Notes under the pieces: generated by a model
What the model saw: only the letters and a program-made list of their open reading frames with translations
What the model was told of the DNA's origin: nothing
The model's database searches: none
In this document: one piece after another, positions 20,995 to 30,242 of the stretch
Layout of the letters: every line of letters starts with the position of its first letter
Position numbering within the stretch: the first letter of the stretch is position 1
Translations under genes and position numbers: made by a program
Source: Candidatus Limadaptatus stercoravium
GTDB lineage: Bacteria; Bacillota; Clostridia; Christensenellales; CAG-917
Assembly: GCA_018710835.1 (NCBI GenBank)
Contig: DVJC01000034.1
Span: 1 to 39,692 of the forward strand
Direction: 5' to 3'
DNA: 39,692 nt

Positions 20995-23268
20995 ATGACA
21001 GACGGAAAGTTCGGTGCGGAAGAAAGGGAGGCGGCGAAGAAACTCGGCATTTCGGCGCGTTTTCTCCGCCTGCTCAGAAGCCGCGGTCTTTCGGACAGGG
21101 AGATACCCTCGTTCCTGCATCCGTCCCTCGACGCGCTGACTTCGCCGTACGACATACGCGGCATGAAAGAGGCGGCTGAACGCGTTCGCCGCGCGGTAGA
21201 CCGCAAGGAGAAGATACTCGTATTCGGCGACTATGACTGCGACGGCATATGCGCCATATCCATTCTCATGCTCGCCCTCAAGGGCAGGGCGGACGTTGAT
21301 TTCTTCATTCCCAACCGCGCCACCGACGGCTACGGCATGAACATTGCCGCCCTGGAGCGCATCATAGCGCACCGCCGTCCCGATCTCGTGATAACGGTGG
21401 ACTGCGGCATCACCGCCGTGAAGGAGGCGGAATATCTTAAAGCGCAGGGCATAGATCTCGTCGTCACCGACCACCACGAACCGCAGGACGAACTTCCGGA
21501 CTGCATTGTCGCCGACGCGAAGATAGACAGACAAGGTTTCAGCGATCTTTGCGGAGCGGGCGTCGCGCTTAAGCTCGTCGCCGCGCTGTTCGGGAAAGAG
21601 TACGAAAAATATCTTGACATATGCGCCATCGCCACCATCGCGGACGTCGTGCCGCTTGTGGGCGACAACAGGATCATAGCTTATCACGGACTGCGGCAGT
21701 GCGCCAACTCGCCGCGCCGCGGTATAAAGATGCTCGCGGGTACGGAAAAACTTTCCTCTCAGGACGTAATGTTCCGTCTTGCGCCGCGCATCAACGCCGC
21801 GGGCAGGCTGGGATCCGCCATGAAAGCGGTGGGACTTTTCCTCGACGAGGACTATTTCATGCTCAAAAGCCTTGCGGAAGAGCTCGAACGCGACAACGCG
21901 CGCAGGCAGGAGATCTGCGAGCAGGTGGTCGCGGACGCGAAGCGCGCGCTCAAAGGCATAGACTTCGATACCACGCGGATCATCGTACTTCACGATCCGA
22001 CGTGGGAGGCGGGAGTGCTGGGTATCGCCGCCGCGAGGCTTGCGGAGGATTTCAAGTGTCCGGCTATACTTTTCTCCGGAGAGGGGGACGAGTATAAAGG
22101 CTCGGCGCGCTCGGTGAAGAGCGTGAACATATTCGAACTGCTGTCACGGCACACGGAGCTGTACACCACCTTCGGCGGACACGCGCAGGCTGCCGGCGTG
22201 GGACTGAAAGCGGACAATTTCGCCGCTTTCCGCGAAGCGCTCGTCAGGGATGTGGAGGAGAGTTATCCCGCCGGGGACTTTCTGCCGCAGGAGCCCGCGG
22301 CGCAGCGGCTCGCCGCCGATGAGGATTTCCTCGCCCTCGCGCAGGAACTTGAGATGCTCGAACCCACCGGTTACGGCAATCCCAAGCCGGAGTTCGTGCT
22401 GGAGGAGAGCGGCATGCGTTTCGAGCGCATAGGGTTCGGACCGCACGTCAAATTCACGGGGAAGGGACTCGAACTCATGGGGTTCTCGCGTTTTTCGGGG
22501 CTTGTCGGCACGACGAAGGGAAGGACTTCGTTCGAGTTTTCCTTGGGAGTCGGCTGCTTCCGCAACAGGCTTTACGCGCAGGGGATACTGCGTTCCGTCA
22601 CGGCGCGCACGATAGACATCGCCGACTCCGACGCGCGCATGATGTGTCTGCATCAGCTGGGGCGCACCGGGAACGGAAAAGTCGGACGGATGACGTTGGA
22701 GCAGGCGCGCGGTTTTGCGGCGCGACCTTTCGGGACGGCGTTCGTCGTCTATTCGCAGGCGGAGTACGAACGGCTTGTTGCCGACGTGCCGGAATGCGCG
22801 GCTCTTCCGGTGTCTGTCGGAGCGCAGAAGTGGCTCAATCCCGCAAGCTGTGTGGTGTTCGCGCCGAACGGAAAGTTCGATTTCTCTTATTTCAAACGAG
22901 TGATCTCCGCCGGCAGACCGCTGTCGGGCAGCTATCTCCCGTACATCGCGGAGAGCATGTGCGAGTGCTTCGACCTGTACGGCGAGGAAGCCGATCCGCC
23001 GCTCGTGTCGGACGGGAAGGTCCGTGCCGCTTTTGTGGCGTTCGACATGATGGCGAGGCGCAACGAGCATGCGCGTACGCCGCACGATCTCGCCGCCGCG
23101 GTGCGCGCCCAGGCGAAACTCACCGCCGAGGAATACGAACTCGCCAGACTCATTCTTGAAAATTTGGGATTGATTTCGGTGTCGGATAGGGGTATCATTA
23201 CCGTATCCAGACAAAAGACCGAGCTTTCGCGCTCGGCGTATTACGTAAATGCGAGGCATGTGAAGTGA
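20995..23268 (+). CDS. recJ: Single-stranded-DNA-specific exonuclease RecJ
   Basis: DHH motifs VFGDYDCDGI, VTVDCG and VTDHH, and the DHHA1 motif GGHAQAAG. The ATG at 20995 lies 6 nt after ggagg. Confidence 0.92.
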   Translation: MTDGKFGAEEREAAKKLGISARFLRLLRSRGLSDREIPSFLHPSLDALTSPYDIRGMKEAAERVRRAVDRKEKILVFGDYDCDGICAISILMLALKGRADVDFFIPNRATDGYGMNIAALERIIAHRRPDLVITVDCGITAVKEAEYLKAQGIDLVVTDHHEPQDELPDCIVADAKIDRQGFSDLCGAGVALKLVAALFGKEYEKYLDICAIATIADVVPLVGDNRIIAYHGLRQCANSPRRGIKMLAGTEKLSSQDVMFRLAPRINAAGRLGSAMKAVGLFLDEDYFMLKSLAEELERDNARRQEICEQVVADAKRALKGIDFDTTRIIVLHDPTWEAGVLGIAAARLAEDFKCPAILFSGEGDEYKGSARSVKSVNIFELLSRHTELYTTFGGHAQAAGVGLKADNFAAFREALVRDVEESYPAGDFLPQEPAAQRLAADEDFLALAQELEMLEPTGYGNPKPEFVLEESGMRFERIGFGPHVKFTGKGLELMGFSRFSGLVGTTKGRTSFEFSLGVGCFRNRLYAQGILRSVTARTIDIADSDARMMCLHQLGRTGNGKVGRMTLEQARGFAARPFGTAFVVYSQAEYERLVADVPECAALPVSVGAQKWLNPASCVVFAPNGKFDFSYFKRVISAGRPLSGSYLPYIAESMCECFDLYGEEADPPLVSDGKVRAAFVAFDMMARRNEHARTPHDLAAAVRAQAKLTAEEYELARLILENLGLISVSDRGIITVSRQKTELSRSAYYVNARHVK

Positions 23269-25394
23269 ACGAATTGCTCGTCAAACTCCGTAAGGCCTAT
23301 CCGGATAAGTATGCGGATCTCAAAAAGGCCTACGAATTCGCCGAAAAGGCGCACGCGGGACAGAAGCGCAGCTCGGGGGAGGACTATTTCATCCACCCCT
23401 GCGCCGTCGTGGATATTCTTGCGAATTACGGGTTTGACAGCTCTACGCTCATAGCCGCGTTTCTTCACGATGTGCTGGAGGATACTTCCGTTACGCCCGA
23501 GGAGCTTGCCGCCGAGTTCGGACAGGAGATCCTCGAACTTGTGCAGGGCGTGACAAAGCTCGACAAACTGCAGTTCCACAACCGGGAGGACGCGCAGGCG
23601 GAGAACTTCCGCAAGTTCTTCATGGCAATGGCTAAGGATCTGCGCGTCATCATAATCAAACTTGCGGACAGGCTGCACAACATGCGGTCGCTCGGCTACC
23701 TTCCGCCGGAGAAACAACAGCGAATCGCGCGCGAAACCCTGGATATATATGCGCCGCTCGCAGGCAGGCTCGGCATATCCTTCTTCAAGTGCGAACTCGA
23801 AGACCTCGCCATGCAGTATCTCTATCCCGACGAGTACAAGTACATCACGGAGTGCATCAAGAAAAAGAGCGGTGAAAGGCAGGCTCTTCTGGACGGGATA
23901 ATGGCGCAGATACGCGAAAAAATGGGGGAACTGGGCATCGAAGGCGAGGTGAACGGGCGTCCGAAGCACTACTATTCCGTATATAAGAAGATGCACCAGC
24001 TCCATATCGACGTGGATCAGATCTACGATCTGCTCGCGGTAAGGATAATAGTGCATACGGTCAAGGACTGCTATACCATGCTCGGAGAAGTGCACACCAT
24101 GTGGAAGCCCATTCCCGGCAGGTTCAAAGACTACATCGCCATGCCGAAGGCCAACAACTACCAGTCCCTGCACACCACGGTGGTCGCGGACGGCGAAACG
24201 TTCGAGATACAGATCCGCACCTACGAAATGCACCGCATAGCGGAGTACGGCATCGCGGCGCATTGGAAGTACAAAGAGGGCACAACCGGCGTGGACACCG
24301 ACCTCGACAACAAGGTCAGGTGGCTAAGGGAGGTAATGGACGCGGAAAAGAACGTCGGCGACGCAAAGGAGTTCATGGACGCGATCAAGATCAACGTCTT
24401 TGACGACGAGGTGTTCGTGTTCACTCCCAAGGGCGACGTCTACGACCTGCCCGTAGGTTCGACTCCCGTCGACCTGGCCTACAAGATACATTCCGCGATA
24501 GGCAATAAGTGCACGGGCGCGAAGGTCAACCGCAAGATTGTGCCGCTTTCCACCAAACTTCAGACCGGCGACATTGTCGAGATTCTCACCCAGAACGGGA
24601 AAGGTCCCAGCCTCGACTGGCTCAAATTCGTCAAGACGTCTTCCGCGCGTGCGCGCATACGTCAATATTTCAAAAGAGAACAGCGCGAGGAAAACGTCCG
24701 CCGCGGCAAGGAAATGCTGGAGCGCGAAGCGCGCAGGAGAGGGTACAGCCTCAGCGACCTTTTGCAGACGGATTCGCTTGAGGCGATACTCCAGCGCATG
24801 TCCCTCGCCGGCGAAGAGGACATGTACGCGAACGTCGGTTTCGGCGGCGTATCCACCGCGCAGGTGCTGACTAAACTCGTCGACGCGTTCAGAAAACAGC
24901 ACCCCGAAGAACATGCCGAAGTAGTCGTGCAGAGCGGCGCGGGCAAGCGCGAGCACTCGAAAAGCGGCGTGCTCATCAACGGCAACGCGAACTTCACCGT
25001 GCGTATGGCGCATTGCTGCACACCGGTCCCCGGCGACGAGATCATAGGCTACATTTCACGCGGCAGGGGAGTGTCCGTACACCGCAGGGACTGCCCCAAC
25101 GTGAAATCCATGGAGCCGGAAAGGCTCATCGAAGCCGTATGGGACACCGGCGGCGACGAGAGTTTCAACGCCACGCTGTACATCACGGCGGAGAACTCCG
25201 GCGGCATGCTTGCGAGCGTCACCGCCTATATTGCGGCGGCGAAGATGCAGATCACGGGCGCGAACGTCAAGGTGGATCAGAAGGAGCACATCGCGGATAT
25301 GACCATCAGCGTAATGATAAAGAACGCGGACGATCTCGAGGACCTCGTGAAGAAGATCAAGAGCATCCACGGCGTCATAGACGTGAGGAGATAA
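23265..25394 (+). CDS. relA: Bifunctional (p)ppGpp synthetase/hydrolase (RelA/SpoT homologue)
   Basis: HD hydrolase motif (HDVLEDT), synthetase motif (YQSLHTTV, EIQIRT), and TGS and ACT domains. The GTG start overlaps the recJ stop. Confidence 0.95.
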   Translation: MNELLVKLRKAYPDKYADLKKAYEFAEKAHAGQKRSSGEDYFIHPCAVVDILANYGFDSSTLIAAFLHDVLEDTSVTPEELAAEFGQEILELVQGVTKLDKLQFHNREDAQAENFRKFFMAMAKDLRVIIIKLADRLHNMRSLGYLPPEKQQRIARETLDIYAPLAGRLGISFFKCELEDLAMQYLYPDEYKYITECIKKKSGERQALLDGIMAQIREKMGELGIEGEVNGRPKHYYSVYKKMHQLHIDVDQIYDLLAVRIIVHTVKDCYTMLGEVHTMWKPIPGRFKDYIAMPKANNYQSLHTTVVADGETFEIQIRTYEMHRIAEYGIAAHWKYKEGTTGVDTDLDNKVRWLREVMDAEKNVGDAKEFMDAIKINVFDDEVFVFTPKGDVYDLPVGSTPVDLAYKIHSAIGNKCTGAKVNRKIVPLSTKLQTGDIVEILTQNGKGPSLDWLKFVKTSSARARIRQYFKREQREENVRRGKEMLEREARRRGYSLSDLLQTDSLEAILQRMSLAGEEDMYANVGFGGVSTAQVLTKLVDAFRKQHPEEHAEVVVQSGAGKREHSKSGVLINGNANFTVRMAHCCTPVPGDEIIGYISRGRGVSVHRRDCPNVKSMEPERLIEAVWDTGGDESFNATLYITAENSGGMLASVTAYIAAAKMQITGANVKVDQKEHIADMTISVMIKNADDLEDLVKKIKSIHGVIDVRR

Positions 25395-25452
25395 ACTGAC
25401 AAAACGCACGGTTGATCATACCGAAAAGCTAAGATAAAACACGGAATATGTT

Positions 25453-26064
25453 ATGAAAATACTCACTTTCCACACCACCGAACTCGAAACCGACACCTAT
25501 CTCGTCACCAACGGCAGCGAGGCTTTCGTCGTGGATCCCGGCGACGGCGCGGACATGCTGACCGCGGCGGCGGAAGCGGAGGGGGCGAAGATAGGCTGGG
25601 TGCTGCTCACGCACGCGCACTTCGACCATATAGGCGCGGCGGCGGAGCTCCAGCGCGGCGGCGCGCTCGTCATCATGCACCGTGACGACGTGCCGCTGGT
25701 GGGTTCTTTCAAGAATCTCGCATTTTACGCGGGGAAGAAGGTGGAGCATTTCACTCCCGACGTCACGGTGTCCGGCGGCGAAACGCTGGACGTCGCGGGC
25801 ATCGCGGTGAAAGTCATGCACACCCCTGGGCACACCGCGGGCGGAGTGTGCTACATCGCGGAGGACTGCATCTTCTCGGGCGACACGCTCTTCGAGCTGT
25901 CCTACGGCAGGACGGATTTCCCGACGGGGAGTTTCAAGGAGCTCAAGAATTCGATCGTCAACAAACTTTTCGCCCTCAAAGGGGACTACAAGGTTTTCCC
26001 CGGGCACGGCGCGCCCACGACGCTGCAGTTTGAGCGGGAACACAATCCCGTCCTCACGGACTGA
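25453..26064 (+). CDS. MBL-fold metallo-hydrolase (hydroxyacylglutathione hydrolase-like)
   Basis: THAHFDH metal motif, HTPGHT and later GDTLF/PGHG. Confidence 0.82.
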   Translation: MKILTFHTTELETDTYLVTNGSEAFVVDPGDGADMLTAAAEAEGAKIGWVLLTHAHFDHIGAAAELQRGGALVIMHRDDVPLVGSFKNLAFYAGKKVEHFTPDVTVSGGETLDVAGIAVKVMHTPGHTAGGVCYIAEDCIFSGDTLFELSYGRTDFPTGSFKELKNSIVNKLFALKGDYKVFPGHGAPTTLQFEREHNPVLTD

Positions 26065-26082
26065 GCGGAGGAGTGCGCGCGG

Positions 26083-27486
26083 ATGATAAACTTTTCCTGC
26101 AACGACGCCGCCTATCTCAACGACCTCATGGAGCTCGTCCGCGCCTTCGAACAGCGTACGGACGAGGACGTCGCGCTATCTCTTTCCTATTTCCGTCTGC
26201 CCGGCGAGTTCAGGGCGGAACTGCATTCGGACAAGTTGGGCGGTTTTGTGAAATTCCGCCGTTTCCCCTACACTCCCGCGGACGGCATGGAGGCGAAGCG
26301 GCTGGAAAAACGCTTTCTCAAGATGGCGATTTATGACGCGCTGGTGTTTCTCACCGGAGCGCAGCTGCCTTACGGCTGCCTTACGGGCATACGTCCGACA
26401 AAACTCTATGCCGAGCTCGGCGATGCGGCGCACGACACTTTCCTCAAAGACTTTTCCGTCCGTCCCGAGAAGGTGGAGCTCATCGAACGCATCGTGAAAG
26501 AGCAGCGCGGAGTGCGCAATCCCGATCCGGAGAAGGCGGCGGATCTTTTCGTGTTCATACCTTTCTGTCCCACGCGGTGCGCTTATTGTTCGTTTGTATC
26601 CATGCCCGTGGACAGACAGCGGAAACTCCTGCGCCCTTACACGGATGATTTGAAGGAAGAGATACTTTATCTGCGCGAAACGGCGCGTAAAAAGGGTTTT
26701 TCGGTGAGAGCGGTGTATATCGGCGGCGGTACGCCGACCGCATTGCCGCTTGAGATGCTGGACGAAGTCCTCGCCGCATGCGGCGGCACGGGGGCGGAAG
26801 AGTTCACCGTTGAGGCAGGGCGCCCCGACACCATCACGCGCGATGCGCTCGCGCTTTTCAAGGAAAGGGGAGTCACGCGCGTTTCCGTCAATCCGCAGAC
26901 TTTCAGCGACGAAACCCTCGTGCGCATAGGCAGACGTCACACGTCCGCGGACGTCGTGAAGGCGTACGCCGCAGCGAAGAAAGCAGGCTTCGATGTGAAT
27001 ATGGACCTCATCGCCATGCTCCCCGGTGAGAGCGCGGAGGATTTCTTCCGTTCCGTAGACCGCGCGGCGGAGCTTTCGCCGGCAAACGTCACCGTGCACA
27101 CTCTCTATCTCAAGAAAGGTTCCGACCTCCGTACGGGCGGCTACCGCAGCACGGAGAACGCGGAGGCGGAGCGTATGGTGGATTACGCTCTCGCAAAACT
27201 CTCCGCGGAGGGTTACGAGCCGTACTACATGTACAGACAGAAGTACACCAGCGGCAATCTCGAGAACGTGGGCTACACCAAACCCGGCAAGGCGTGCCTC
27301 TACAACATGGACATCATGGAGGAGGATACGACCATATTTGCCGCGGGCGCGGCGGCGATAAGCAAGCGCGTCACCCCCTCAAAGAACCTCATCGAACGCT
27401 GCGCGAATTATAAAGAACCTCTCGAATACGTCAAGCATTTCGACGCCGTCATGGCGCGTCAGCGCGCCTTCTGGGGAGAGGAATAA
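26083..27486 (+). CDS. hemZ: Radical SAM coproporphyrinogen dehydrogenase-like protein (HemZ type)
   Basis: Radical SAM cluster motif CPTRCAYCSF, the HemN-like core, and an N-terminal extension typical of HemZ. Confidence 0.75.
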   Translation: MINFSCNDAAYLNDLMELVRAFEQRTDEDVALSLSYFRLPGEFRAELHSDKLGGFVKFRRFPYTPADGMEAKRLEKRFLKMAIYDALVFLTGAQLPYGCLTGIRPTKLYAELGDAAHDTFLKDFSVRPEKVELIERIVKEQRGVRNPDPEKAADLFVFIPFCPTRCAYCSFVSMPVDRQRKLLRPYTDDLKEEILYLRETARKKGFSVRAVYIGGGTPTALPLEMLDEVLAACGGTGAEEFTVEAGRPDTITRDALALFKERGVTRVSVNPQTFSDETLVRIGRRHTSADVVKAYAAAKKAGFDVNMDLIAMLPGESAEDFFRSVDRAAELSPANVTVHTLYLKKGSDLRTGGYRSTENAEAERMVDYALAKLSAEGYEPYYMYRQKYTSGNLENVGYTKPGKACLYNMDIMEEDTTIFAAGAAAISKRVTPSKNLIERCANYKEPLEYVKHFDAVMARQRAFWGEE

Positions 27487-27790
27487 TCCCGCGCCCGTGC
27501 TCCCGGGTGTGCGTGCGGAAAAGCAGGGACTTCGGTCCGGCGGCGTACGCTCGTCGGCGCGGGAACGCGATACACCCGTGCACGGGGCGAAGAGCGGCGC
27601 AGGGCGCGCGGAACGGTTTGTCTTTCTTCCGCGTAATACGAAAATTATCCGAAAGTGGTGGGCGAAAACGTTTTACTTTGTTTTTTATTTGTGATAATAT
27701 AGGCAAGGTACTTCTCACGAGGTCCGTCCGAAACTCCGTGGTCGGACTTGGTCTGAAGCGAATCATTTATCCAACGAAGGAGGCTAAACA

Positions 27791-28054
27791 ATGGATAAAC
27801 TTCAAAAACAGGAAATCATCGCAAAGTACGGTCGCAAAGAGGGCGACACCGGTTCCCCCGAAGTGCAGATCGCGCTTCTCACCGGCAGGATCCAGGAGCT
27901 CACCGAGCACCTCAAGGTCCACACCAAGGACCACCATTCCAGAAGAGGTCTGCTCATGATGGTCGGTCAGAGAAGAAGTCTGCTGGACTATCTCAAGAAG
28001 ACGGACATCGAGCGTTACCGTGCCATAGTTGCGGCGCTGGGTATCAGAAAGTAA
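27791..28054 (+). CDS. rpsO: 30S ribosomal protein S15
   Basis: [14 protein letters not shown]...[26 protein letters not shown] aaggagg. Confidence 0.96.
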   Translation: MDKLQKQEIIAKYGRKEGDTGSPEVQIALLTGRIQELTEHLKVHTKDHHSRRGLLMMVGQRRSLLDYLKKTDIERYRAIVAALGIRK

Positions 28055-28059
28055 AAAGG

Positions 28060-28088
28060 TCGGGTGCGTTTTGCGCACCCGATTTTTA
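28060..28088 (+). terminator. rpsO terminator/attenuator upstream of pnp
   Basis: tcgggtgcg-ttttg-cgcacccga followed by ttttt. Confidence 0.8.
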
Positions 28089-28127
28089 TAAAAACGGGGC
28101 ATGACGGAATGCCCGGAAGGAGTTAAT

Positions 28128-30242
28128 ATGGAAAGAAAAATTTTCAAGACGACAGTCGGCGGCAGAGAGATGAGCGTTGAAGTCGGCGCTTACTGCGGTC
28201 AGGCGAACGGCAGCTGCATAGTGCGCTGCGGCGACACGGTGGTCATGGTCAACGCCACCATGGCGAAAGAGCCCCGCGAGGGAATGGACTACTTCCCCCT
28301 CAGCGTGGATTACGAAGAGAAGATGTACGCCGTGGGCAAGATCCCCGGCGGCTTCAAGAAGAGAGAGGGCAGAGCGAGCGACAAGGCGATCCTCACGGCG
28401 CGTCTTATCGACCGTCCCATCCGTCCTCTGTTCCCCAAGGGAATGTACAACGACGTGTCCGTGGTGGCGACGGTGCTCTCCGTGGACACCAACATTCCTC
28501 CGGAAGTTTTCGGAATGATCGGTTCGTCGATCGCGCTGTCCATATCGGACATTCCCTTTGCCGGTCCCACCGGCTCCGTGGTGGTCGGACTCGTTGACGG
28601 ACAGTACGTCATCAACCCCGACAGCGCGCAGAGAGCGAAATCCAAGCTGCACCTCAGCCTTTCCGGCACGCGCGACGCGATCATGATGGTCGAGGCGGGC
28701 GCGGACGTCGTCACCGAGCAGGAAATGCTGGGAGCGATCCTCTTCGGACACGAAGAGATCAAGAAGATCGTTTCCTTCATCGACGGCATTGTCGCGGAAG
28801 TCGGCAAGCCCAAGGTGGAGATCGAGCTGGAGACCATCCCCGCGGACATCGACGCGGCGGTGCGCGCGTATGCGGACAAGAAGATGGACTATGTCCTCGA
28901 GAGCTTCGACCGTACCGAGAGAGATCAGCGCGAGGACGCCCTCAACGAGGACGTGCTGGCGCATTTTGCGGACGAGTTCAACGACGTCGCCAAAAAGACC
29001 AAGTTCATTCTCGACAGCCTCTACTACCTCAAGAAGGAGAAGGTCCGCGCAAAGATCCTCGACGGCGGCGTGCGTCCCGACGGCAGAAGCCTTACGGACA
29101 TCCGTCCCATTTGGTGCGAAGTCGGTCTGCTCCCCAGAGCCCACGGCTCCGCGGTGTTCACCAGAGGACAGACTCAGGCGATGACCGTCGCCACCCTCGG
29201 CACCATCTCCGAAGTGCAGAAACTCGAAGGTCTTGACGACGAGTATTACAAGAGGTACATGCACCAGTACAACATGCCCGGCTATTCCACGGGCGAGGCG
29301 AAGCCTCTCCGCAGCCCCGGCAGACGCGAGATCGGTCACGGCGCACTCGCCGAGCGCGCTCTCGAACCCGTGCTCCCGAGCGAGGAAGAGTTCCCGTACG
29401 CGATCCGCACGGTCAGCGAGATCCTGAGCTCCAACGGTTCCACTTCCCAAGCTTCCGTGTGCGGCAGCACCCTGTCGCTTATGGACGCCGGCGTGCCCAT
29501 CAAGGCGCCCGTCGCGGGCATTGCAATGGGACTCATCAAGGACGCTGACCATCACAGAGTCGCAGTGCTCAGCGACATCCAGGGGCTTGAGGACTTCCTC
29601 GGCGACATGGACTTCAAGGTCGCAGGCACAGCCGAAGGCATCACCGCCATTCAGATGGACATCAAGATCAAGGGCATCGACGAGGAGATCCTCACCAAGG
29701 CGCTCGAACAGGCGCGCAAGGGCAGACTCTTCATCCTCGACAAGATGCTGAGCGTACTTCCCGAACCCCGTAAGGAACTCAGCAAGTGGGCGCCCAAGAT
29801 CGTGTCCTTCTCCATCGATCCCGACAAGATCCGCGACGTCATCGGCAGCGGCGGCAAGACAATCAACAAGATCATCGACGAGACCGGCGTCAAGATCGAC
29901 ATCAACGACGAGGGACAGATCTTCATCGCTTCCAACGATATGGACGCGATCGCGCAGGCGCGTAAGATCGTCGAGAACATCGTCCGCGACGTCGAAGTCG
30001 GCGACGTGTACGAGGGCAAGGTGGTCAAGATCATGGAGAACGACAAGGGACAGTTCGGCGCGAGCGTCAACTTTGCTCCCGGCAAGGACGGCATGATCCA
30101 CATCTCCAAGCTCTCCAAGGAGAGAGTGGACAAGGTCACCGACGTCGTCAACGTGGGCGACATCGTCCTCGTCAAGGTCATCAAGATCGACGAGAAACAC
30201 CGCGTGGATCTGCGCCTGAAAGAAATCATCAAAAAAGCCTGA
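28128..30242 (+). CDS. pnp: Polyribonucleotide nucleotidyltransferase (PNPase)
   Basis: Two RNase PH domains, a KH domain (GSGGKTINKI) and an S1 domain (GDVYEGKVVKI). The ATG at 28128 follows ggaaggag. Confidence 0.97.
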   Translation: MERKIFKTTVGGREMSVEVGAYCGQANGSCIVRCGDTVVMVNATMAKEPREGMDYFPLSVDYEEKMYAVGKIPGGFKKREGRASDKAILTARLIDRPIRPLFPKGMYNDVSVVATVLSVDTNIPPEVFGMIGSSIALSISDIPFAGPTGSVVVGLVDGQYVINPDSAQRAKSKLHLSLSGTRDAIMMVEAGADVVTEQEMLGAILFGHEEIKKIVSFIDGIVAEVGKPKVEIELETIPADIDAAVRAYADKKMDYVLESFDRTERDQREDALNEDVLAHFADEFNDVAKKTKFILDSLYYLKKEKVRAKILDGGVRPDGRSLTDIRPIWCEVGLLPRAHGSAVFTRGQTQAMTVATLGTISEVQKLEGLDDEYYKRYMHQYNMPGYSTGEAKPLRSPGRREIGHGALAERALEPVLPSEEEFPYAIRTVSEILSSNGSTSQASVCGSTLSLMDAGVPIKAPVAGIAMGLIKDADHHRVAVLSDIQGLEDFLGDMDFKVAGTAEGITAIQMDIKIKGIDEEILTKALEQARKGRLFILDKMLSVLPEPRKELSKWAPKIVSFSIDPDKIRDVIGSGGKTINKIIDETGVKIDINDEGQIFIASNDMDAIAQARKIVENIVRDVEVGDVYEGKVVKIMENDKGQFGASVNFAPGKDGMIHISKLSKERVDKVTDVVNVGDIVLVKVIKIDEKHRVDLRLKEIIKKA

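Noticed and set aside
27487-27690. A GC-rich ~200-nt spacer between hemZ and rpsO with several possible helices: cccgcgcc/ggcgcggg, a ggac-ttcg-gtcc tetraloop hairpin, the cccgtgcacggg palindrome and cgcggaa...ttccgcg.
   Set aside because: In GC-rich sequence such pairings arise easily. There is no second copy or comparative evidence in the window, no clear T tract and no known motif. It most likely holds the hemZ 3' end plus the rpsO promoter and S15 autoregulatory leader (gtccg...cggac hairpin at about 27722-27748).
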